A DNA stretch of 60,000 bases from Schmidtea polychroa (Eukaryota). The notes under the pieces were generated by a model. The model was not told the origin of the DNA. It searched no databases and saw only the letters and a list, made by a program, of their open reading frames with translations. The translations under genes and the position numbers were made by a program. Below, piece after piece: positions 11,694 to 22,600 of this stretch; within the stretch, counting starts at the first letter, position 1; every line of letters starts with the position of its first letter. The DNA lies in contig CM097885.1 of NCBI GenBank assembly GCA_044892525.1, positions 44,828,001 through 44,888,000 of the forward strand. The letters run 5' to 3'.

Positions 11694-12227
11694 TTATGAT
11701 TGATTTCCTACAACTCCGCCTAATAATGATAATGCCAGAGGTATCAATGCGCCAATAAATCCACCTTGTTGTTTATATATAATTTTCCTCATTTGCTTAC
11801 GATTTTTATTATTTACTAAAGATAACAATGGTTTCCTATGTTTGCTCAATAAATGCTTTTTTGATTTACTGATTTTAATTTTGCCTTTGACTACTTTAAG
11901 TATAATATTGAGTAAATCATCGACAACAAAATTTGGGAATGATTGCAATATATTCATTCTTTTCATACTCGGGGCCTTTAACAATGCATTAAAAAATGGA
12001 AAACTGCGATGATTTTTAACTACTTTTTTACTGGTTTTACGGGTTTTACGGGTTTTACGTTTAGGTTTAGGATTTTTCGAAATAAGATTCATTGCAGAAA
12101 AATTTTCAGTTACAAGTTTTTTAGATGGTGTATAACTAGTTGTTGGTGGAACCTTTGGAACTTTAATAGTCTTTCTAATACCTTTTCTTAATTTCCTAAT
12201 ATTTTTCACCCTTGCTTTTAGAAACAT
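11694..12227 (-). CDS. Basic core protein ending in QQGG^FIGALIPLALSLLGG amphipathic peptide
   Basis: Very K/R-rich 177 aa; adenain-type GG site followed by a hydrophobic helix, typical of Polinton core proteins. Confidence 0.75.
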   Translation of the reverse strand: MFLKARVKNIRKLRKGIRKTIKVPKVPPTTSYTPSKKLVTENFSAMNLISKNPKPKRKTRKTRKTSKKVVKNHRSFPFFNALLKAPSMKRMNILQSFPNFVVDDLLNIILKVVKGKIKISKSKKHLLSKHRKPLLSLVNNKNRKQMRKIIYKQQGGFIGALIPLALSLLGGVVGNQS

Positions 12228-12246
12228 TATTATTCATAGAGGTTTT

Positions 12247-12745
12247 CAACTTTGTTTATAAACCATGGCACCTTTTGGGTTGAAAATATCTGTTTTTACT
12301 CGTAAATCATCGGGACATTGTGAAATCAAGATATATATCCATGAGGTATTTTTGTAGCATCTTGAAATGCACTGATAAGAAAATTACGATTGTTAGGGTA
12401 TGCTTGACGTGCAAGAAAATCAATCACTGTTGCATCTCTAGGATTCTTGAAAATAACTAAATACTGTACATTTAAATTACGTGTTCGATGTGCCCCACCT
12501 TGATGAAATAGATTTTGTGTTATGAAAATAACTGTTACATCGACATGTATGCTGATCTTTGTAAATAAATTATTAAACACTTTTTCTTTATTAGCTTCTT
12601 GATACAAATCATCAATAATAATGACATCACCCTTCTTTAATCGGCTGGACCAGTTTTTATCAAATCCCTTTACTATTTTCATGTTTTTGGAGAAATTTGG
12701 AGTATAGAGAATTTGTTGACAATGTTCGAAATGAGATAATTTCAT
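12247..12745 (-). pseudogene. FtsK/HerA-like packaging ATPase, 5'-truncated and frameshifted
   Basis: Walker B (VIIIDDL), VIFITQNLF and LVIFKNPRD are present; no Walker A is seen. The C-terminus (CPDDLRVKTDIF...VYKQS*) lies in another frame. Confidence 0.85.
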
Positions 12746-12833
12746 TGGTCGATTTCTAATTGGTTAATTTCTAATTGGTTATTGATTGATTTAAACAAAC
12801 GGTTTTTTGTTTAGGATTCATTTTTTCAACACC

Positions 12834-13252
12834 ATGTACAAATTACCAAGCGCTGCAAACCTCATGAAAGATATCGACGATTATGGTAAATTTTAATTTT
12901 TTTATTTTCACATTATTTACTATTTATTATTTTAGAAAAATATTTAGAAGTTATGATCAATAGAATAAAATATTATTATCCTCAAATTATTGAAATTATC
13001 AAGGATCGAGAAGCAGAAATAATTCCGGACCTCATTTTCTACACAACTCAAATTAGAATAATGGAGGTATTTCACCAGTTCTTGTGGGATATAAAGATAA
13101 ACAGAACCATCAAACAAATGGAGCCGGAGTACCAGTGCATCATCGGATGCTCATGCTGTGCCGATCGATATCGGCGATATGTCGAATGGGAGTTAGTGAA
13201 AACTCTGAGAAGGTTTCACTACTCCCGGATTGTAGATTTAGGTTACCAATAA
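12834..13252 (+). CDS. Polinton accessory protein, unknown function (2 exons, CxxxCxCC motif)
   Basis: ATG 12834 and phase-1 intron 12886-12935 join in frame to ORF 12953-13252; AATAAA overlaps the stop. Confidence 0.7.
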
Positions 13253-13599
13253 ATGTATTTTTTATTGTGTTTTATCTTTTTTATATTTGAAATAATAATA
13301 GTAATAATAATAATAATAATAATAGAAATAGTAATAATAAAACATTTATAATAATAATAATAATAATAATAGAAATAATAAAACATTAATAATAAAAAAT
13401 TAATAATAATAATAATAATAGAAATAATAAAACATTAATAATAATAAAACATTAATAAAAATAATAGAACATGTGACAATGCAACATCAATGCATTTTGA
13501 ATGCAATTTAAACAAAGACATGCTATAATCTGATTGGTTGATAGGCATGAGTCAAAGGTATAAAAACCCTGTAACATTTAAATTTATTCATTATTCACG

Positions 13600-14010
13600 A
13601 TGACCAAGAAAATTTCAAGCACCGAAAAACCTAAAGAAATGGTACAACCAGTTCAAATGTTCCACAACTACAAAATGTATTTTTTGAAAGAAGAAATCAA
13701 TATGAAATTGGTTGCACCAGTCAAGCTAATTCCAACTAAATTTGAATTCTTATCCGGCACGCTTTCAATGATTGATGTCAAAACTATTGATGATGTTTTT
13801 AAACGGATAGATTCGAATCTATCGTGTAATCAACATGCATGGTTCAACAATAGATATGCAAGATTTTATGATGCTTTTGATGAAATCAGTTTCAAAGAAA
13901 ATGAAAATAGGTATATAACAATTGCAATCCAGGGATATAAAGTTGATAATAATGATGTATATTCTCCTATTTGGAAAATTATGTCTGCTAGACTTTCACA
14001 AATATTTTAA
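13600..14010 (+). CDS. Polinton accessory protein, 136 aa, unknown function
   Basis: Clean ORF with upstream CCAAT (GATTGG) and TATA motifs and a downstream AATAAA. Confidence 0.7.
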   Translation: MTKKISSTEKPKEMVQPVQMFHNYKMYFLKEEINMKLVAPVKLIPTKFEFLSGTLSMIDVKTIDDVFKRIDSNLSCNQHAWFNNRYARFYDAFDEISFKENENRYITIAIQGYKVDNNDVYSPIWKIMSARLSQIF

Positions 14011-14138
14011 TGTTATATTTAATAAATGTATTAGTCAGATTTGTTTTTTTTTCTTTATTAATTGCAACATAAATGCAAATGGCATGCAAATTTAACAAAG
14101 AAAATCTATAAACAAACTTATAATTTAGTTTTAAAGTG

Positions 14139-14536
14139 ATGAAAATGACTGCAGAAAAAGGTTAACATGATTAATTAATTACCGAATTATTTATTATTTA
14201 GAATTTTTAATCAACTTTTTGTTGGAAAAGTTAGCAGAAATATCTGGTGTGAAAATTGAGGACATATTATCAATTACAAATTCCTTAAATATCAGCTGGT
14301 TAGTTGAGAGTCAAGATACAGGATTTGATGATGAGGAAGAAACTCAAGAAACCGAAACTCAAGAAATTGATGAGGAAATCTATGAACCTATAGATGAACC
14401 TATAGATGAACCTATAGAGGAACCTAAAGATGAATCTAAAGACGAATCTAAAGATAATATTACGAATGATTGTATTGATCATGTCGTTGAAAATATAATG
14501 AAATGTGGAGATGACGACTGCGAATGTGTTAATTAA
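14139..14536 (+). CDS. Acidic accessory protein (2 exons)
   Basis: ATG 14139 and phase-1 intron 14161-14201 join in frame to ORF 14219-14536; EPIDEP/ESKD repeats and a CGDDDCEC tail. Confidence 0.7.
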
Positions 14537-14613
14537 TAAATTTTAGTTAATTAGTGTTTGTAAATTTATTTAAAATTTTATTTAAAAATCAAACAAAATA
14601 ACTATATTAATTT

Positions 14614-15128
14614 TTATTTAAAAAACCGACATAAAACATACAAAATAGCAACACCTGTTGCAAGTTTAATATAGTTTTTAAATTTTCTTTTCTGATCGTC
14701 TATTTCCTTTGCATTTCTGGCGAGTTGATTGAGTACGCCCCATCCGCCATTGGCTTCAATCCATGGTTGAAACTTTGACTTGATTATCTAGAAAATAAAT
14801 ATTAATAAAATATAGATTATAAAAGTATTACTTCTTGAGACCACTGATAATAGTGCTCGGAGTCCCATAGACTTTTTTCAATTATTATCTTCATATAAGC
14901 GAACCCTACTAGTATTCGGGTCAACTTCATCTCCTCGTCGCATAGGTAGTTAAAAATCCTATTAAAATAGAATTTTTTGGTTTCGAGACAATCGGAATTG
15001 ATCACATCCTCATAATCAATGTGATTACCTTCTATGATCTTTTTGGTCCGATCGACCAGGAAACAGAGGCTTTCCATAATATTCTTGTTGACGAGTTCTC
15101 TTAAAAGATTTTCCATAAAATGAGACAT
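14614..15128 (-). CDS. Viral Bcl-2-like protein (2 exons, 156 aa)
   Basis: Intron 14831-14788 adds exon 2, IIKSKFQPWIEANGGW (BH2)...YIKLATGVAILYVLCRFFK* (tail anchor). Exon 1 carries a degenerate BH1 (FNRIFNYLCDEEMKLTRILVGFAY). Confidence 0.82.
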
Positions 15129-15233
15129 TTTTACAATAATTTAAAATATGATGTTTTATTTATACTAATACCGTATGATTTTGATTGGTTGATAGACTAT
15201 AAATGTAAAAGAAAGGTTTTGATTTGATACACC

Positions 15234-15734
15234 ATGAAAACTATATTCATATTGCTAATTATTATAACGAGTGTGTGCTCACACAATACAACAATAACAG
15301 TAGAGTCTTTTAATAAATCAATATGTGTTTGTCCGAATACTGCCAAGTTGATGGATATTTTATATATTCTCGATAAACCAAAATGGTCAAAGCATCCAGG
15401 AAAAAGAATATCTCAAAGATTGGAGAATTTAGAAAACAGTTATGAACTATCATTTGAATATATACAAAATATAAAAATTAAATTGATTGATCATATTGAG
15501 GTTTTCAATAACTCTATTGCTGAAAATAAAAAGAATATGAAAATTATTGATAAGAAGCATGATTATTTGTTAAAAAAGATTGAATTATTATTAAGAGAAA
15601 TTCAAACAATCAAAGGATCAATAGAATATCTGAAAATCAATTCATCGTTACCAATTTCTAACAATATTGCTGCGAATAGTAGTACATCAATATTTAGTTT
15701 ACCTTTGTTAATTTTACATTATTTTATTGTTTAA
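15234..15734 (+). CDS. Secreted or surface coiled-coil protein (signal peptide, hydrophobic C-terminal tail)
   Basis: MKTIFILLIIITSVCS leader, NxS/T sites, heptad-rich middle and ...NSSTSIFSLPLLILHYFIV tail. Confidence 0.7.
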   Translation: MKTIFILLIIITSVCSHNTTITVESFNKSICVCPNTAKLMDILYILDKPKWSKHPGKRISQRLENLENSYELSFEYIQNIKIKLIDHIEVFNNSIAENKKNMKIIDKKHDYLLKKIELLLREIQTIKGSIEYLKINSSLPISNNIAANSSTSIFSLPLLILHYFIV

Positions 15735-15850
15735 ATAAATGTATGTTTTGTTGATTTGTTGAGCGTGACCAGTACCCTTGTGGCATTACCCATAGGGGGA
15801 CAAAATATTTTGTCGGATAGACTCGGAGTATATAGACTCGGTGTATATAG

Positions 15851-15974
<124 letters not shown>

Positions 15975-16149
15975 TCTTTAGTAATAATAATCTTAATAAC
16001 AAGATATATGGCTCATTCGAAAGGCCTTGGATTGAGCTTTAAAATGAGCTATCGATTATTCATTTTCGTTGACGGGAACTTTGAAAAAATTAAAAATAAT
16101 AATATTTTTTAAAAATAATAATAAAAATAATAATATTTTTAAAAATAAT

Positions 16150-16820
16150 AATATGACCTTGATGACTCATCGCGATGACTCATATGACCTTGAGAATGAC
16201 CTTGGATGAGTCATGCGTCCTTGAAAATGACCTTGAAAATTTTTGATGAGTCATAGTATGAGTCATATGACCTTGAAAATTTTTTGATGAGTCATAGTAT
16301 GAGTCATATGACCTTGAGAATGACATTGAATGAGTCGTATGGCCTTGAGAATGACCTTGAATGAGTCATATGACCTTGAGAATGACCTTGAATGAGTCGT
16401 ATGACCTTGAAAATGACCTTGAATGAGTCATATGACCTTGAAAATGACCTTGAATGAGTCATATGACCTTGAAAATGACCTTGAATGAGTCATGGTCTTT
16501 GTTTAAATGACCTTGAAAATTTTTATGGCTCATCGGATGAGTCATATGACCTTGAAAATGACCTTGAATGAGTCATGTGACCTTGAAAATGACCTTGATG
16601 AGTCATGGTCTTTGTTTAAATGACCTTGAGAAATTTTTTGCCCTTGATGAGTCATATTATGAGTCATATGACCTTGAAAATGACCTTGATGAGTCATAGG
16701 ATGAGTCATGGTCTTTGTTTAAATGACCTTGAGGAATTTGATGAGTCATATGATGAGTCATGGTCTTTGTTTCAATGACCTTGATGAGTCATATGTCTTT
16801 GTTTAAATTTGACCTTGAAA
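16150..16820. promoter_or_regulatory. Subterminal tandem array of TGA(G/C)TCA and TGACCTTG(A) motifs
   Basis: About 20 AP-1-type and about 25 TCAAGGTCA-type motifs counted by eye, plus several CTTTGTT. The repeat is certain; the regulatory role is inferred. Confidence 0.6.
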
Positions 16821-16928
16821 AAAAATGTACTTTTAGACTTAGAATATTTTTGAAAATCTTACCGACGGGGGGGGGGGGGGGTACTGTGCTAGCGGTGCCC
16901 TGTGCCAGCGGTGCCCAATCCATCTACT

Positions 16929-17297
16929 CTTTAAAATTATATTATTTCGATTTCATGAAAAGTTTATATAAAATTATCTTGGATTCCGAAAATTGTGATG
17001 AGAGAAACAAAGCAAGACCTCGGATATTCAATTTAAGCTTCCTGGCAATCGAACAAGAAACTTTAATGACTTCAAATATTTTTGAACTGATAAAATTATT
17101 TGTTGTTCAAGAATGTGTAGACGAAAATTGAATTGAAGGTTTTTGTGATGAACTTCCACGAAATAAAATAAAGTCATAGTATGAAATAAAAAAATATTTT
17201 TTTATTTTTTTTTCTTTTAAATAATTATCAGAAATAAATATTAAGGGCCCAATATAATGTTTTGCTTATCGGTCTGAAAAATAAAGGAACGCATCTG
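16929..17297 (+). mobile_element. Decayed hAT-like 3' remnant flanking the Polinton end
   Basis: Translation ...RIFNLSFLAIEQE...ELIKLF resembles a hAT transposase C-terminus; GGGCCC subterminal motif and ...CTG end. Confidence 0.4.
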
Positions 17298-18374
17298 TTT
17301 CATACAAGAAAATAAGAAAATAATAAGAAAATCCCAATAGATACAAACCTCAATCACATTAAGACTAGGGTTTCTGATGCCGTTTATCAGATGCATCTCT
17401 GAAATTTTATTATGGAAAATTTAATAAGAAAAATTGATTAAATAAAGAGATTTAAAAAAATTTTGTGTTAAAAATTTCAAGGAAAATATTTTTCTAGAAA
17501 ACGGAAAACCGCGGTTCCGTCCCATTTTTAAAGAAAAAAAACGGAAAACGGCTGTTTTCTAAAAATGACGTTTTTCAGAAAACCTCCATTAATACCAATT
17601 TTAAGTGACAAACATTATAAAATTATTGGCAAGAGGGTGTACAGGCTATAATAGTATATGAATGACTGATTACATTTAAGTCAATTTCAATCCAAGAGAA
17701 GTGAAATTTTTTAATAACGAATTGTTTTATTATAAAAAAAGTCGTAAGGCTTATTTAACTATTAATTTATCCTTTTCTTAAAAGTTATTAAAAAATTAAA
17801 AACTTAAATTTTAATAAAATGATTAAATTTTTAATTGAAATAATTCATTTTGTTATTTTTCATTCTGATTTTTAAAATATCTTAATTATTTAATTACTAA
17901 AGTTTTATTTATTATATGAAGCTCATAAAATGTGTACTAAGTCATTTAAACTTTATTTAATATTAATATAAAAATTGAAGTTCCTGCAAACAAAATTTAT
18001 GTTTACTATTTAAAATTGTTGAAAAATACCAATATTACTTGTTGAAAATAAATAATCATGATTTTAGTAAAATTTACTCAACTAAAATAAAATATATAAT
18101 TACTGGGGTTTTCCGAAAATAAGCCCAAGGGTTTATTTTTGAAGGAAATCTGGTGCACACTTATTAAAAAATTAAATGCTGACCTATATTTCTATATAAA
18201 TAACTTGATTTATTAATGTCGATGAATTTATTCAGGAATAATAAATATATAAATATATTAATAAATAAATCTTTTATTTAATAAAAATTAAATTATTTTA
18301 AAATATAAGATATATGTTCTCAGATTAAAGTTTATTAATTAATAAATAGAACTTTTAAAAACTTTGTGTATTAA

Positions 18375-19322
18375 AGTAGGTAGTTAGTGGCCTACGGGAA
18401 CAATAGGGGGGGGGGGGGGGGGGTAAAAATGTTGCAAACTTTTGATTGCATAACTTTTTCCGTAGACATTTTTTGATTACATAATTGTTGCCGCATGCTC
18501 CAATGACTTTTTTCTGGGATTTTAAATACAAAAATTTTTTTTTTCAATAAACAAGCCAAAGAATAAGTATTATTTGGGTGGGTCTCCTTGGTCCTGAGAA
18601 TTTCAATAGAAAAGGTAGTCTACACTAAAAAAGCAGGGATTATTCAGACTATAGTGAGGGGGGTATGTTTCCATAGTCCTAGGATTTTCAATACAAATGT
18701 TAATTTTAGATGAAAATTTTAATGAAATAATTATTTTTTAAGTTAATTTTTATGAATTATTTTTCAATGTTAATTTTAGATGGAAAGTTTTATGTATTAT
18801 TTTTCAATAGTCATTAAAGATGCAAATCATTGTCAATTAATCATTCACTACATGAAATTATTGGTTAAATATGAAAATAAGGGCTATATTTGGTTGTAAA
18901 TTATGGTAAAAAAATTTAAATAAAGTAATACAAGGATAAATAGGTAAATTAATGTTTTATTTTTAAATTATAGGTTCAAAACTTTAAATTAAAATTTATA
19001 AACAAAAGTTGGAATAACCAACCGCTTCTGAGACATAAAAATTTAAAATAAAATTTTTAAGAAATAATTTTTTAAAGTCAAATTTTAATAGAAACTTTTA
19101 TGGAATAATTTTTTTAAGTTAATTTTTATTGAAAATATTTATGAAATATTTTTTTTAAGTTAAATTTGAATAGAAATTTTTATGGAATAATTTTTGAAGC
19201 TAATTTTAAATAGAAATTTTAATGAAATAATTTTCAAAGGCAAATTTAGATGCAAATTTCAATGATAATAAAAATTAATAATAAAAATAATAATAAAAAA
19301 TAATAAAAATAATATTAATATT

Positions 19323-19409
<87 letters not shown>

Positions 19410-19603
19410 CATAATAAAAATAATATTAATATTAATAAAAATAATAATAAAAAATAATAAAAATATTAATAATAATTATAATAATAAAAAATAATAATAA
19501 AAAATAATAAAAATATTAATAATAATTATAATAATAAAAAATAAAATTAAAAATAATAATAAAAATAATAATAATATTGATAAAAATAATAATAATTATA
19601 ATC

Positions 19604-19681
<78 letters not shown>

Positions 19682-22600
19682 CAATCGGATACCAACAACT
19701 ATCAGGTACAACTAGATACCAAGTACATACAACCAACTACTAAGTACCTACAACTATGTACTAACAACCAACTGAGTATTCTTTATTGTATTTTATCAAA
19801 TGATTTTTAAATTAATTTTTTATCTGTCTTCAAAAATATGTTTAATTACAATCAGTAGAAAAAATCTTTTCAAAATGTCTAAATTTAACAAAAATGAATA
19901 ATTGTCAACTCATCACTACTTGGAATTCAAAATAATTTAAATTACAATGAAATACTAATGAATTCTAATTTACAAAACATTCTTCTTTTAATTGATAACT
20001 ACTGACTTATTATTGCAAAGTAAAAATCACATTCAATAACTACTTATTGTTGATCAGTTTTATTATATATATACTGAGTTTATCCGACAGGATGTTTTGA
20101 CCCCCCTAAGGGTACAGGTCGTAATGGTACTGGTCGTAAGGGTATTAGTCGTAAAGGTACTAGTCGTAGGGGTATTGGTAACACTCAACCACCACCTACC
20201 AAGTACTAACAAGCAACAACAACCAGCTAACAACTAAATACCAAGTACCTACAACCAACTACCAAGTACCAAGTACTAAAAACTAGCTACCACCTACCAA
20301 GTACCAACAATCAACTAACAACCAGGTACTAAGCACTATCAACTAGATACCAAGTACTAACAACCAGTAACTTACGAACATGTACTAACAACCAAGTAAA
20401 AACAATCAAGTAATAACAAATATATCTTTAAAAGAAAATCCTCTTCACTTGCAATATTGGTAACACTCAACTACCACCTACTCATTAATTAGCTACCACT
20501 AGGTTTCAAACAACAAAATACTAAACACTTACAACCATGTACTAACAACCACCATCAAAACCTATCGAGAAATTAACAAATATATACAACTATATGACAA
20601 CAATCAGTAAACAACACTGTACCAACTACTAAATACAAGATACCAAGTACCAACAATCAACTAACAACACATAAAAATAATAGCAATTAAATACAAAATA
20701 TTCTTCATCACATGCAATATTTTCTTGTCATCATCTACAACTAAACTCTATCAATCAGATACCAAATATTAACAACCAGATACTTACAACCAACAACTAT
20801 GTAATAAAAAATTGATCTTTAAAAGAAAATACTCTTCACTTGAAAAATTGGATGAAAAATTAATAAAAAAAAATGCAATTCATTAATTAACTGATTACCA
20901 GTACTTGTATGATTTTCCAATAACTAGATAAAAATTAAATAAATCATTGTAAAAATTTAAATTATTCAAAACATAATAAATAACAAAATGTAATGGACGA
21001 AAGAACTTTAAATTCTAGTCATTAATCATCCATTAAATAAAAAAAAATACTGATCATTTAAGTTAATCAACTAAGATAATAAAGATAATAAGATCTAGTA
21101 GATAATTTATTTTGATTGAATAAATTAATTGAAATAAATTAATTTTAATTATTTTTTAAAAGTAATACACGTATATTGAAATCTATTTACTAATTCCTCA
21201 AATTATACACAAAATTCAGTATGAATTCATTACCATTATCAAAGTCAACAATCTACAATAAAAATAATTATCATTAAATTCCAAAAGAGACTAGATAACT
21301 AATGATGACATCTAATAAACCAGTAAATTCATTTAAATGTCAATAATTGGTATATCCAAGTAAATTTTCTACTAAAATCATCTAGAAAGCATCAAATTTC
21401 CATGAAATATCAATGTCTTTAAAGATAAGTATTTTATCGATAAATACCCTTAAAAGGCTATATATTTCCCTCAGACTAATAAGATTGCTTAAAATCCCGT
21501 TTAAATGACTATAATTATATCTTTAATTCCTATTATCACGAATATTTCCCTATAAAACATGTAAAATCATTAACTCTAAACAATTTATAAAGTCTAATGA
21601 CAAAAAACAGTTATAATTAAATTTTTGTTCTAAAAATAAATCACTGTAATCGAAATTTAAAATAAATATTGCTTGAAATTTGACTGTACAATATAACTGA
21701 GTAGTTGCATAGAAAGATTAAATTTATCCATATTTCTTCAAATGATCATTTTTACCGATATCCAACCGATTTAATTACTAATTAAAATCAAGATTTCTCC
21801 CAATAAAGATCAATTTTCTTTAGTCGACGTTTTAAATCAATATTTCCAACTTTTGTCGTTGTCCGTCTAAATAAAGATAAAAATAATTTAAAGTTGAAGT
21901 CAATCCCAATTATCTGTAAAGATTTCATTGTCAAAACCAAGTAAATCGATCATTATCCCTACTTAATAAAACAATGTTCTAAATTAATTTACTGTGCATT
22001 AATCACAATCTAATAAAACGATATAATTATTATTGATACATAACTGACTAATTACCATTTCCCTTAAAACATTGATATTTTACCAACAGCATACTTAAAA
22101 AATCATATATTCCCATCTTAACCCATCTCTCATTAAATTCAATCGACTATATCTCCCTTACAATGATATATTCCCACCTTATCTGATCTCTCATTAAAAT
22201 CAATCGACTATATCCCCCTTACAATGATATATTCCCATCTTAACCCATCCCTCATTAAATTTAGCCGACTATATCCCCTCAAAAGATCATATTCTCTCAT
22301 TAAAGTCAATCGACTATATCTCCCTTACAATGATATATTCCCATTTTAACCTATCCCTCATTAAATTTAACCGACTACATCCCCTCAAAAGATCATATTT
22401 TCCCATCTTAACCGATCTCTCATTAAATCCCACCAACTATATCCCCCTTAAAAGATCATATATTCCCACCTTATCCGATCTCTCATTAAATCTCACCGAC
22501 AATATCCCAGCTTAACCGATCTCTCACCAAATATTTCTACCCCTTTAAACATCTATCCGACTATATCCATTAATTCTACCCACTTGAATCCTCCTTTAAT

